Shown here: piece after piece, positions 14,297-27,629 of the stretch
Position numbering within the stretch: position 1 is the stretch's first letter
Layout of the letters: every line of letters starts with the position of its first letter
NCBI GenBank assembly: GCA_030390025.1
Contig: CM059430.1
Span: 3,968,001-4,032,000 of the forward strand
DNA from: Squalus acanthias
Taxonomy: Eukaryota
DNA: 64,000 bases
Reading direction: 5' to 3'
Made by a program: the position numbers and the translations under genes
The notes under the pieces: model-generated
Databases searched by the model: none
What the model was told of the DNA's origin: nothing
The model's input: the letters and a program-made list of their open reading frames with translations, nothing else

Positions 14297-15818
14297 GCAT
14301 AGAAGATAGGAGCAGGAGTAGGCCATTCGGCCCCTCGAGCCTGCTCCACCATTTAATGAGATCATGGCTGATCATCCAAATTCAGTACCCTGTCCCTGCC
14401 TTCTCCCCATATCCCTTAATCCCTTTAGCCTTAAGAAATATATCTATCTCCTTCTTGAATATATTTAATGAATTGGCCTCAACTGCCTTCTGTGGTAGAG
14501 AATTCCACAGGTTCACCACTCTCTGGGTGAAGAAATTCCTCCTCATCTCAGTCCTAAATGGCTTACCACTTATCCTTAGACTGTGACCTCTGGTTCTGGA
14601 CTCCCCCGCCATCGGGAACATCCTTCCTGCATCTAGTCTGTCTAGTCCTGTTAGAATTTTATAAGTTTCAATGAGATTCCCTCTCATTCTTCTAAACTCC
14701 AGCGAATACAAGCCTAATCGACCCAATCTCTCTTCATACGTCATTCCTGCCATCCCAGGTATCAGTCTGGTGAATCTTCGCTGCACTCCCTCCATGGCAA
14801 GAACATCCTTCCTCAGATAAGGCGACCAAAACTGCACACAATACTCAAGGTGTGGTCTCACCAAGGCCTTGTACAACTGCAGCAAGACATCCTTGCTCCT
14901 GTACTCGAATCCTCTCGCTATGAAGGCCAACATACCATTTGCCTTCTTAACCGCCTGCTGCATCTGCATGCTTACCTTCAGCGACTGGTGCACAAGGACT
15001 CGCAGATCTCGTTGCACTTCCCCTTTTCCCAATCTATTCCCGTTCAGATAATAATCTGTCTTCCTGTTTTTGCCACCAAAGTGGATAACCTCGCATTTAT
15101 CCACATTATACTGCATCTGCCATGCATCTGCCCAATCACCCAAGCTGTCCAAATCATACTGGAGTTTCTCTGCATCCTCCTCACAGCACACACGCCCACC
15201 CAGCTTTGTGTCGTCTGCAAACCTAGAGATATTACGTCTAGTTCCCTCGTCTAGATCATTAATATATATTGTGAATAGCTGGGGTCCTAGCACCGATCCC
15301 TGCGGTACTCCACTAGTCACTGCCTGCCACTCGGAAAAAGACCCGTTTATTCCAACTCTTTGCTTCCTGTCTGCCAACCAGTTCTCTATCCAAATCAGTA
15401 CCTTACCCCCAATCCCATGTGCTTTAGCTTTGCACGCTAATCTCTTATGCGGGACCTTATCGAAAGCCTTCTGAAAGTCCAAATACATCACATCCACTGG
15501 TTCTCCCTTATCTATTCTACCAGTTACATCCTCAAAAAATTCCAGTAGATTAGTCAAGCATGATTTACCTTTTGTAAATCCATGTTGACTTTGTCCGATC
15601 CTGTCACTGTTTTCCAAGTGCTCTGCTATTACATCTTTTATAATGGACTCTAGCATTTTCCCCACAACCGATGTCAGGCTTACTGGTCTATAATTCCCCG
15701 TTTTCTCTCTCCCACCTTTTTTAAACAGTGGGGTTACATTAGCTACCCTCCAATCCATGGGAACTGTTCCAGAGTCTATAGAATTTTGAAAGATGACCAG
15801 CAATGCATCTACTATTTC
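14297..15818 (-). mobile_element. Young 5'-truncated CR1 LINE with uninterrupted ORF2 RT and C-terminus
   Basis: ORF to stop at 14382 with [63 protein letters not shown]. 3' UTR ends CTCCTATCTTCTATG. Possible TSD TATGAA (14291-14296 and 15819-15824). Confidence 0.95.
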
Positions 15819-17444
15819 TATGAATTTGATTAAAAAAAACTTTATGAACTCTGCAATGTTTCTACGTATTAAATTGAATACATTGAAATTGCTAAAATAC
15901 AAGCAACTCAACATGCAAATGATAAATAAAATTAAGCAATACTTTTTGAAAGACACACACACACAAATAAACGAAAGATGGGGTGCTGCAACTTTCCATG
16001 ACAGAACAAGAAAAGAAAAAGTGAAATGGAAGCAGAAGAAGAGACTAAACACAGGCAGAGATTCATTTGCTGGCATATTTTACGAGAGAAGTATTTATAA
16101 ATGACAGGTTGTCTAGAAATCTAAAAAATTTGCAGTATTTCCAAACATTCAAGACACTCTAATATTATACATTTGTTAAAGGTATACAATTTCTATCTGT
16201 ATTGGTTTATTTCACTTGGTTTATATAAAAGACTCAAAATTTGTTTTACTTTGTGCGGTTCAACCACTATTATAGTAACAATGAAAGATTTGTATGCGAG
16301 GGGAAGGGACAGTTTGAGGCATATGTTACAAATATCAACATATTGTGGATCTTTGAACCTAACTTTCCAAAATTCTTCCCCCCATCTCCGATCAATAATT
16401 GTCAACATATAAGAGCAGGCACAAATGGAGTCTGAGGTTTGAAACATTTGTTCATGTGGTGCCTTCAGTGACTCACAAGCCACAAAGTTACTAAGAATAG
16501 GCTTTGATTTTTATTATTACAGGTATGGAAAGGCAGAACAAAGGAAGAATTCCTGTGGCCATTATGTGTAGCGGCATCAAAATAGCATTGAGAAAGAACT
16601 AGATTATAATTTGGTTACACGCAACAACTAGAGCAATTCTTACCCCATGGTTATCAATAGATGTAAAGAAAGCTCTCTGAGGAATCTAATGGCACATTGT
16701 TGGCAGTCTGTATGGGTTTCCCACAAAGCCTTAGCTTTAACATATATATATTCTCCCTAGATCAAATGTGGTCAACAGCTCTTGCTTTACTATTTTTATA
16801 CCATGGGATATGTACTCAATTTGCAGAGAACTATTTTCATTCCATATATGGACAGAACAGGATATGCTTTACCATTTACAATCTCAATAGCCATTTTTCT
16901 TTCACCCACTCATTAGAAACAATTGGTAAATAATGTTCCCTTAGTAACTACCTTATCACCAGTGAACTAAATTAACCTTGCAGTCACAGAGATGACAAAA
17001 GAACAAATCCCTTTTTTTGTTTTTAGAAGCCATTATGATTCACCAGCTCCTTACTTTTATTCTTACTTTCTAACTTACCCTAAGTTAAACTAAAATCGAA
17101 TTATTTTTGTTGTATTAACTTTGTGACTTGAGTTATTTGATCATGTTTGGCCATAAAGTAATCATCATATCAAATGGGGCCCTAACATGTATATCAACCT
17201 CTTCATGTTCTTTCCTTTGTAGCCTTCTAGGCCATACACCTGGCATCATATCTGAGAGGGAAGGGAAATAAGGCAACTTCATGGACACTGCAATGTTGCC
17301 CTCTGTCTAGCCATTGGGAGGTGCTGAAGTTTAACTTGTGATGAATGAATCTTGCAGTTTTTTCTTCACCCACTCCCCCACCCCCCCGCCCCAACCCTGC
17401 CTAAGCACCTCCATTTTTGCTTGAATTAAGGGAGATTGCTTTAT

Positions 17445-18134
17445 TGGGCCAAAACTTGCAGTTGGCGGCGTACCTCCGGAGTACGCAGCTGACCTGCGAA
17501 AAGAATACGCTGAAAATACCTACCTGATGGCAGCCCTCCTGCATAAGCCTGCGCTCTGACGCTGCGTGATGGAGGGCAGCGTAATGGCCCACGGATCCCA
17601 GGGACGCAGCCTGTGCGGAAATGTACCTGGGATCACGTGGGCCTGGTCCGCCAATCAGAAAACAGATCGTCTTTTATTCATTTAAATTACTACATACTTC
17701 ATTACTACAGCCTTTAAAATACGTACAGATTTAGCTTTTATCGTGGGAATCCAATTCATTACTGATAATTCCCATTCTAAACAAATACTGTACGTTGTGC
17801 AGAAAGTTATGAAATATTTTATAAAAACCTGCAGCTTTAACATACACTAGGATTGCTTTTCATTAAAGCTTTTAAGCCATTTAATTTTTTTTTTAAAGCA
17901 TTTGTTTCATTTCGGATATCCCCTTACTCTGTGGAAACAGACCCTGCGCCTGTTTTCACCAGCCGTAAAATTTTCGTACGTGATTGCTGGGCAGTTGGTG
18001 GGCAAATAGCCCAACTCTGCGCCGGCAATTAGGTTTACGGAGGCCGAGCGAATCGGGATTTAGCACATGCGCTTCAAAGGCGGCATGACGGCATACTCAG
18101 AGTACGCTCTCGTACCCACCACAAAATCCGGGCC
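17445..18134. mobile_element. MITE-like non-autonomous DNA element
   Basis: GC-rich ends with imperfect inverted repeats (GGGCCAAAACTTGCAGT / ACCACAAAATCCGGGCC) and an AT-rich centre; termini related to 30077-30697. Confidence 0.5.
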
Positions 18135-18428
18135 ATTATGTACGCAGTTTGCTTCCAGCCAATAAGACCATTTACAGCAATCTAAGTGTTTGGAGCAGCG
18201 ACATTGTGAGCTTCATGCACCATAGTGATTCTCAGTGTAAGTGCTGGAACCAAACTGAAAAGAGTTTTAAATTTCCAAGCTGACCATATAGAGTGCATTG
18301 TAAAGGGTGTGTAACGTGCTTTGAGATATCCACACTGTGCACTAACATGTATCAGTAAGAAGAAAAAAATGTTTTCAATTAAAGATACCCCTGTCAAGTC
18401 AGCAGGGTATCAATGATGAAGCAGCATT

Positions 18429-18720
18429 GGAGCCTGGATAGTGCAATGGGTTAGACACTGGCTTTTTAGCTTTAGGAGCTAGATTAAAATCTATATTGGA
18501 CTAATGAGATGAAAGTCTTCAGGCTGTGGGAGGACTACATGAAATGAGTTGGGACAGTTTCAATCTAGTTCCTAGTGAGCTCACAGCACGAAAAGGGCCT
18601 AATCTGGCAACAATTGCTAATTTCACTCTGATCAACCACAAGATGGCTACTGTGAGAAACGGTAAGGGCACTAAGATTGGGACTGAGGCACATTGTTTGG
18701 GCAAGGTTTAACTTTTCATC
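18429..18720 (+). mobile_element. LF-SINE-like element
   Basis: tRNA-like head CTGGATAGTGCAATGGGTTA and core TGAAATGAGTTGG...CAATCTAGTTCCTAGTG...ACAATTG, resembling the LF-SINE core as recalled. The 3' boundary is uncertain. Confidence 0.55.
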
Positions 18721-21045
18721 TCACTGTGCTATACATGTCCTGAAGTGCTCCATTCCTCTGTGCCGACATTCCTCACCTTGAGGTACAAAATTCAGAAAAA
18801 AATAACAATGTTCTGAAGGATGATAAAGCAGGAGGTGGGGCCCACGGATTCACAGAGATCTGAAACCGACGGGATTATCCTCTACCATTCTGGTTACTGT
18901 ATACTTTAAGCTTAACACTGGTGACCCCAGTGACCCTACTGATTAAGGAATTGGATACATGAATGAAGTCTAAATCTGCCAAGATTTTAAACGCTAACCA
19001 CAGAACTGCAAGATATGACAGCAAAACTTGCTGTTTCTGAAAGAGTTTGACAACTGTAGGCACAACATAGCCTTGGAGACTGCTTCAGGATAAGTTCCAA
19101 TGAACTGGGAATGACATTATATAAAGGGCTTACTGGTATTACACATCTTAGAATGTAAGCATTCTAATTCATATGAGAATTAAACAGATGGTAAAAATTA
19201 GTTACAGCGATCAATTTTTAATTGTTGCGAAATAGCTCAGGTTAAACAAGCCTGTACAAAAACACATTGGCACTTATCAAGCAAACTACTGTAGGTGTCT
19301 ACAATACAATATCATTAACTCTTTGTGTTCTAGCCAATAACATTTATTGCGGCAATTCAGAAAACCATTGAAAAAGCTCCCAACAATTTCAATTATTATT
19401 TTGACAAAATATGTACGAGGCAATAAATCACAGTACGCAGTTAGGATTTAAAAACCACGCAGGCATTAAACGGTTAAAAAAGGGTAAATTCTACATGGAA
19501 GCAATATAAATACAAGTAATTGTATTTCAGCTATTAGCCCAATTATAATTTTGGTTACTTCTTATCTGAACATCTATATTACTGTATAATTTTTAATTTA
19601 TTCCTAATTAAACTAAGGACCACCTGAGCCCAATTTTGCAACCTCTTCTAGCTTTCTTTCCCCCTACTTTGGCAATCTGCCATCATTACCACCGGGGACC
19701 CAGTAAACCCAACAAGCACTGTTGGTCCTATTACCAAGAGGTCCTATTACCAAGAGGTTCTTTCTAACAATATTACTGAAAAAATAGCTGAGACTCCAGA
19801 TCCCACTGCATGAGCTCAATGACAGATGTCATAAGATTCAGCACAATGTGTTAAAATATGCTAGGGCACTCTGATCTTTTTTAATCACTTTGCAGGAGAT
19901 TACATTTAATATATTATAATGTGCTCTGGCAGAAATCCAAGTCCAATATTCTTGCAAGAACATGCTACTGTTAATAATACAGGAATATGGCAGATTCCCC
20001 CCCCCCCCCCCCCCCCCCACTGAGAGCTACTGTATCAACTGACAAAATTCTGCCAGAATCAGGGGGAAAAATAAAAAAACTATCGTGAAAACTGAAAAGA
20101 TGCATCATTCTCAGTGTGTTATAATGGGGGAAAGGGGGTTGAGATGGAGGCGGAGGGGGGGGGGGCGGTGGTGGAGCTGTGGTTTAAATAGTTTTTTGGG
20201 TTGAATTATAATAAATTGAGGGTTTTTTGCATGAAACCTTGTCCAAAGTCTAACCTCTGTCATCAGACCAGGACCACTATAGATTGATTCTTAATTGCAT
20301 GATTCTGTTGATAAGGTGTGCAGTACTTGGAAGCATTTATTTTCTGTTCTCTATTAAATACAACATTAATGCTGTAGTCACCAACTAAGGACAAACTTTA
20401 ACTGCATCTTGGTTAAAGTTTAAAAAAATAGCAAACCAACAGGAACTCGAGTGACAAGACCAACGGTATACAGCCAGTTTGTAAGACAAGTTTCTCCTGG
20501 ATTGTCTCTGATTCTTGAGATAGTGGCAATATATTGTTGGGTGTATTATTCAAAATACAGGTACCAGCTTTCCAATACTAACTTGATTAGAATGAAGGGC
20601 GGTAGCAAATTGTATAGCCTAAGATATAGCTAAAAGAATTGCTCAGGCTTTCACAACAAATATTTTAACCGTAAACATTCAAGCATCCCACAGCAATATT
20701 TTTTGTTTAATATTTATTGAACACTTAGCAAACTTTCTACAACAGATCTCCAACCCAAGGTTAAACTACAATACTTTGTGCCATATATTAGGACTCCATA
20801 TTATATAGTGATTATGGCTCCATAGCTCTAGCATTGCAGCGCCAGACATTCAATTAGCGACCTGAGTTTGAATCCTAGCCTGAATGTGTTTGACTGGTCC
20901 TCAGCCAAGCTCCTTGATGGTACATCATACTGTCTTATAGTACATAGTGCTCCATCCTGGGAGAGATGATAGGAACAATTTGTCAGGGTAATGCTTCAGC
21001 GTAAACTGCCTTCCCTCCAGTTAGCCAAGGCACTGGCAGCAGCCA

Positions 21046-22275
21046 GGTGTGGTCTCACCAAGGCCTTATCTTCTACTCAAATCCTCTTGTAATAAAGGCC
21101 AACATACCATTTGTTTTCCTAATTGCTTGCTGTACCTGCATGCTCACTTTTTGTGATTTGTGTACAAGGACACCCAGGTCCCTCTGAATACCAACATTTC
21201 CCAATCTCTCAACATTTAATAAATATTCTGCTTTTCTAGTTTTCCTACCAAAGTGGATAACTTCACATTTCTCCACATTATATTCCATCTGCCATGTTCT
21301 TGCCCACTCACTTAACCTGTCTATATCCCTAGCAGCCTCTTTGTGTCGTCAGCAAACTTGGATACATTACTCTCGGTCCCCTCATCTAAGTCATTGATAT
21401 AGATTGTGAATAGCTGAGGCCCAAGCACTGATCCTTGCGGCACCCCACTAGTTACAGCCTGCCAACCCGAAACTGACCCGTTTATTCCTACTCTATGTTT
21501 TCTGTCCGTTAACCAATCCTCAATCCATGCTAGTATATTGTCCGCAATCCCAAGAGCCCTAATTTTGTATAATAACCTCTTGTGTGGCACCTCATCGAAT
21601 GCTTTTTGAAAATCCAAATACACTACGTCCACTGGTTCCCCCTTATTTACCCTGCTAGATACAACCTCAAAAAACTCTAACAAATTTGTCAAACATGATT
21701 TCCCTTTCATAAATCCGTGTTGACTCTGCCCAATCATATGATTTTTTAAGTGCCCTGTTACCCTAATAATAGATTCTAGCATTTTCCCGACTACTGATGT
21801 CAGTTTAACTGGTCTATAGTTCCCTGTTTTCGTTCTCCCTCCTTTCTTGAATAGTGGGATTACATTTACTACCTTCCAATCTGTGGGGACCGTTCTAGAA
21901 TATAGGAAATTCTGGAAGATCAAAACCAATGCATCCACTATCTCTGTAGTCACCTCTTTTAAAACCCTAGGATGTAGGCCATCAGGTCCAGTGGATTTGT
22001 CAGCTTTTAGTCCTATTAATTTCACCAGTACTATTTTTTTACTAATACTAATTTCTTTAGTTTCCTCATTTTCACTACACCCTTTATTCCCCACTATTTC
22101 TGGATTGCTTTTTGTGTCTTCTTCCACAAAGACAGATGCAAAGTATTTGTTTAACGTCTCTGCCATTTCCTTATTCCCCATTATAATTTCTCCTGTCTCT
22201 GCCTGTATGAGACCCACGTTTACTTTTGCTAATCTCTTCCTTTTTACATACTTATGGAAGCTTTTACAATCTGTT
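21046..22275 (-). mobile_element. CR1 LINE internal fragment (same subfamily as 27888-29919)
   Basis: ORFs 21321-22217 and 21073-21288 with [40 protein letters not shown]. Small deletion after FADDTK; no 3' end. Confidence 0.93.
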
Positions 22276-24930
22276 ATGATGCCTCTTGCTAGTTTGAGCT
22301 TATATTTTTTTATTAAAAACTGTATATGGTCTCTCCCCCCCCCCCACCGTAAAATATTGATAAAAAATGACCAGTTTGAGTAATATTTACATCAGCAATA
22401 AATGCTTATTTTTCTTGAAGATGGCTAAAGTCTGTACTTAAACAGAAACTCTTAGGATTTGGGCAATGCTGGCAAGGTTGCATTTATTGCCCATTCCTAC
22501 TTGCCCTGGTTGTGGTGGTGGATCCTCAGAGCAATTGTTTGTACAACTGCTTGCTTGGCTTGCTTGGCCAATTCAGAGGGCATTAAGAGTCAACTATGTA
22601 GTGTGGGACTGGAGTCCCATTCAGGCCAGATATGGTAAGGATGGCAGGTTCCCATTGCTGAAATTTAATTTTAAACAACCTAAAAAACAGTGATAGAGAG
22701 CTCTCCCAAAAATTATAATGAAACTAACTGACAGATTTGTAAGGAGTTCACCCCAGATACTCATGACATGCCCAACTCTGGATAAGAACTTTCTAAACTC
22801 TGTGGGGGAAAAAAAGCCTTTCTTCCAATTTTTAGGGGGGGACATGCATTGAAGATTTCTTTTTCTCATTATTACTAAATGTACTTAGACAAGATACAAG
22901 GATTTGGATACAATACATTATTGAACTTCTTATTGCCATGATATTGAGGCTCTAGTAGAGTTCAGAACAAGGAATAAGCCTATCGTGGTAACTTGATATC
23001 TTAAGTTACTAGGATAGGCTTAGAGAATTAGGGTTAATTGTTTTGGAGAAACATAGGCTACGGGGAAATACCATTCAGATTTAAAAATTTATAATAAAAG
23101 GGCTGGTGCAGTAGATTTGGAGAAGATATTCAAAATGATTATGATAATAGGACTCATCGAGAAAATACATGAGCAAAAGAAAACCCCTCAGATGTTATTT
23201 CTTCTCTCAAATTGCCGCTCTGGAACAGGCTACCAGCACACGGGGCAAGTACAGATGCCCTGCAATTCTTTCAGAAGAGATTTGTAAAGTTCCTTCATGA
23301 GATGAACACTAACATTACAAGGAGGGCAGAGGTATGTGTTAAGTAAGATTGCGCAGTACTGCATCGTGAGCTATGGTCTAATGGAACTTGCTCAATTACC
23401 ATATGGAATTGGGGATGAATTACCCAGAGTTTCTTCTGAAAATGTTTCCCTTTTTTTTTTGCCTACCCATGAAGATACTATTCTTAAAGGTTAGGAAGAT
23501 GGTGAGTTGAGTTCTGCAAATGGAGCAGGCACTGGTGGACCGGAAAGTCTTTTCACATCCTTTTTTTTGATAGCCTGACTTAGCTTACATGTGAGCATTT
23601 TACTGACTCACAGGTTAATACTAACTCTTCTCACCTATTCAGAAATGTTGGGGAATACTGAAGGGCAGTGATGCACCATCTCACTATTTTTCAAATAAGC
23701 CTAAAGGTTTTGTTTGATCCTTCTAAGTCAGACTTTTGAGCAAGATATTCAAATGAAACTGCCATTATCCAATCAGGCTTGCTTTAGACTGAGGCCTACT
23801 AACTGGTGGGTGTAGTGTCACCCAAGAAAAGCCTTTGTATGACATCAATTACTCTGTCTTGTGTCATAAATTATTCAAATTCAAATTATCGAGCATTGTA
23901 AAATTGGATTAGGTCCTGTAGATCAGGTTCATCTCAGACTTTTAGGGTTAGGATTGTTTGCTCAAGGCCAGAATCTAAACAGGCCAACGTTACAAATGGA
24001 TCCGGAACAGAACTATTACTGTTTTTCGTGATGCATCAATATTCTTCCGTTACTAACTCATTCTATATTTTATGATACTTATGTAGTTGATACTTTTACC
24101 TACTAGTTAGCAACTTCCCCTCTCCCTTTGCTGGTTACTGGGGGAACTCTCCTCCAAACTTATCAAGTGAAGCTTGAAAATTGTTTTTTAAATAATAAAG
24201 AAAATGCAGCGTCATACAGTCTCATAACAAAATCAAATTTCACATTAAAATTAATGGGAAACTTGTTGATAATGGTGAAACAGCCAAATACACTGGAGAC
24301 ATTCTGGATGAAAATCTCAGTTAAACTATAAAAAGCTGGTCCAACATTCTTTTTAATTCAATTGCGTTTGATCTAGTCTTACTTTAAAACATGGTAAACT
24401 TTTTCTGAATACCCTCGTTACTGTTCACTTTATGTATTGTCTGTCTATCTGGGGACAAGTACGCCCGGCTGATTTACAGTTAACAGTTAAACTGTATAAT
24501 AGAGGTCATCATATCCCTTTATAATGCAAACCTCAATTTACATCACTGCTATTTATTCAAAGACTATAAAATCTAGTCTTTTTATGAGAAGTTTAACATT
24601 TCACATTCAGTTTTAATATTTTTTTTTATATATAAGTGCTATCATGGACATGCTCCAGGGCAATTATCACAAAAAAAACTTTTGAAACCCACCCAATTCA
24701 AGGACAAACGATTATCAGGCAGCCTATTAGACTGAGTGGTCATTTCTCAGTGCAGGGTTCCACTGGAATCAACCCTTTTATAAGCTTATATTTCCTGTAA
24801 CTTGTAAACATGTATGTTAGTTTGCATGGCATTTTGTAGCCTTCGGAAATATATGCATCAATGTATTGCACAGTAGTTAAGGAGAACTATGTGGAAAATA
24901 TTTGAAATTAATAAAGTTATTATCTATTAC

Positions 24931-27583
24931 CTAGTGCAGGTGCAAGCGCTGATACTGCATTTGTTGGGTCCAGTTGGAATCCACCCAGCATAAACTGTGT
25001 GTCGGTTGCATTTTCCAGCTTCAGGCCAGGGAGGTTCATGTTCTGGGCCAGGTAGTACTGGTAAAGCTCAGCCTCTGCAGGTGCCAAGTTGCTGAGGCCT
25101 AAGTGTCTGTTGTGCTGAATCTGGTTCATGTTCTGCTGGAGCAGCATCATGTTGTGCATGTGCTTCTCGCTGGTCATATGAATGCGCAGGTTCCTGGCTA
25201 CATTCGTTTCGTAGTCGCACACCTCGCACCGCCAAGTGGGTTTGGTTTTTGGTTTGGTGGGCGAGGAGGCCCCGCAGGTGCTCATACTGGCGGCGGCGGC
25301 GGCAGCGGCCGCCACAGCCGCTCCAGCAGTGTGGCTGAAAACTTGATCGCCCCCGCCGTTCTGTAGGTTCTGCATGTTATTGAGATGCTTGTCAGACTGC
25401 ATATGAATACTGAGATTGCCTTTGGTTGTAGTGGAGTAGTTACACACCTCACATCGGAAAGGCTTGTAACCACATGTATAGCTCTCGCCCCGGGCCAACC
25501 GCGGGTGAGGTTGCCCAGATTTGCAATACACACATGAGCCACCGGATTCGGGGTGTTTTTCCTTCATGTGGGCCTCCAGCGTCTGCTGGTACTTGTAGTG
25601 CCAGTTACACTTTGGACACTTCAAGGTCTTGCATGAGTTCCGAGAATGCATCATGGTCATGTGCCCACCAAGGGAGCGGGAGGAGCCCAGGACCGTGTCA
25701 CACTTCGGACACTCAACGCTGCTTCCGGATGAGCATTCCCCACCCCCCAGGTCGCAGGGAGTGCTGGTATGCTGGTGATGGGAGGTATAGATTCCTTCCT
25801 CGCCATCGACAGGTTCATTTGGTTCAGGAGCTGTGGCACTGTCTTTATTGGCACTTTCATCTACAAAGTCCGTCCTATTACTCTCAGTATTACCGACACT
25901 GCTGTCGCCGCTTGCACTGTCGCTTGACAAGCTCACTGCATTCCTCCCGTTTGCACCATCGAAAACAACAAAGGAAGAAGTAGAAGAAGAAGAGGTGCCC
26001 CTTGGAGAAGGGTTCAGCACATTAGGCATTAAAGGAGATTTAGAAATGCTTTGGTTTGAGAGAGCGAGTTCCTTGCTGCTACATGCATCACCCTCAGGGT
26101 CTTCCTGGGGCTCATCATCATCATCCTCATCCGACTCGTTTGGGAACAGTTCTTTGCACTCCTCATCTTCCTCTGCTTGTTCAGCAGAGTCCGCCTTTTC
26201 TATGAGGCTACTGTCAGCGCTAAACTCTCCACTGGCTTTTTTCTTCTCAATTTCCATCCCCAAATCCTTGCTCTCTGACATTTTGGTAGGCCCGGAAGCA
26301 AGGTGGCCCAGAGGGACTGAGGTAATTGGGGTCTTTAGGGCTGAGCTCGTCAACCCTCCAAGGTTCAACAGAGCACTTTGTGCCAGCGGGATTGAATGAG
26401 GCTGCTCAGCTGCACTTGTGTTACCTTCAGAGTCTTTTAATAAAGCCAAACCGGCCTGGACAGCCTCATCACCATCAACATGGATTCCACTAAAAGTACC
26501 GTAGAAGTTCTGACCAGGGCCAATGAGGTTAGCTGTGGAAACTAAAGGGTGTTGAAAGTTTTTGTTTTTTGGTTCCAGAAAGCTTATAAGAGGTTCCTTG
26601 TCTTTGCCTATCCCTTGGATGATAGCAGACACGTTCTTATTACTTAAGAGCTTGTGCTCCTCTTCACTAAGGGTCATTCGGTGGTCATGCACAGCATGCG
26701 TTACAAATGACCTCACATATCCAAAAGACAACTTGCACAAAAAACACATTAAAATCGGCTTTCGTTTGCCATAGAGCACGAAACTGTCAAACTTAGACAA
26801 GTCCACATTGTTAGGGACATCTTTGGATACACAAGAGTTTTTGGCAGAGCCATCACTGTTCAGGTAATCCTTGTTGCTTTTGTGTCGCACATCAAAAACA
26901 CGGAAAGTGTGCAAGACAGGACTGATGCCTGTCAGTGCTGAGGTATTTGGGAATGCCTGGTCAGAACCAAACCACTTCCCAAAAGATGAGGCTATGTGAA
27001 AAGTGTTGATGATCTGTGGGTAGACAGAGACGGATGCTGCGGAGGTGGACTCCCCTTGCTTATTCCCAGCGTTGGACATAGAGTTCATGAACAATGCTGG
27101 GAGAACACTACTGCCACTGGGCCCTCCAGACTGGATACTTTGCATTAGCTGGTTCACATTCTCTACGATGTAGGCAGAGCCATCTGGCTGATAGACGATC
27201 TCCCCAGCCAGGTTCTCCACATCGCTTTCCTCTGCCTCGCTCATTTCACTGTCACTTTCCTCCTGGAGGATCTGAGGGTGGGAGTTCGGGCAATGGTGTT
27301 CCATGTACTTTTGTAAACTTGAGAATGAGGATGAGCACTCGTTGCAGCTGACCTCCTTCGTGGACAATGAGCTGTGTGAAACAACAGCCGCTGCAGCAGT
27401 CTCTGAGCTGCACTCGTTGAAGGGTGCCCTTAGGTTCTCACACGGGACGCAGTTCTCTCGTGCAGACTCCATTGAACCAGCTTTATCAGAGACCTGGGGG
27501 TTGGATTCAGTCCATTCCTGATGCTGGGAGGTGCTGCACCCATCCTCTTGCCCAGTGATGGTAGGGGAGTCACAGGTTTCCAT
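24931..27583 (-). CDS. ZFHX3: ZFHX3/ATBF1 first coding exon (codons 1-884 plus 1 nt; N-terminal C2H2 zinc fingers, acidic and Ser-rich tracts, poly-Ala)
   Basis: 887-aa ORF with ZFHX3-type segments ([100 protein letters not shown]). Donor CTAG|GTAATA after 24931 (phase 1). The last residues of the ORF (GNR*) are intronic read-through. Confidence 0.95.
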
Positions 27584-27629
27584 AGTGATGGCTACATGAG
27601 CGTTTCATTGCATCCAGTCCGGCAGGGGC
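27584..27629 (-). other. ZFHX3: 5' UTR portion of the first coding exon of ZFHX3
   Basis: On the minus strand a pyrimidine-rich acceptor TTTCTTTTATGTTTCAATTTTTAG| (AG at 27631-27630) lies 46 nt upstream of the ATG. Confidence 0.85.

Noticed and set aside
15819-16076. Hydrophobic N-terminal extension of the 564-aa RT ORF (apparent membrane-anchored RT)
   Set aside because: It is T-rich flanking intron that happens to be in frame; CR1 homology begins only at EIVDAL (about 15818).
19997-20018. Long poly-C/G runs (also at about 48503 and 62027) as G-quadruplex regulators
   Set aside because: Simple homopolymers with no supporting context; their length is unreliable in assemblies.
25103-27521. 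Plus-strand ORFs overlapping the ZFHX3 exon, and antisense ORFs over CR1 copies
   Set aside because: Antisense shadows of coding sequence with no recognisable domains.
24920-27583. ZFHX4 or an intronless 887-aa gene
   Set aside because: Diagnostic segments match ZFHX3, and a phase-compatible GT donor at 24930 joins the 10114 exon.
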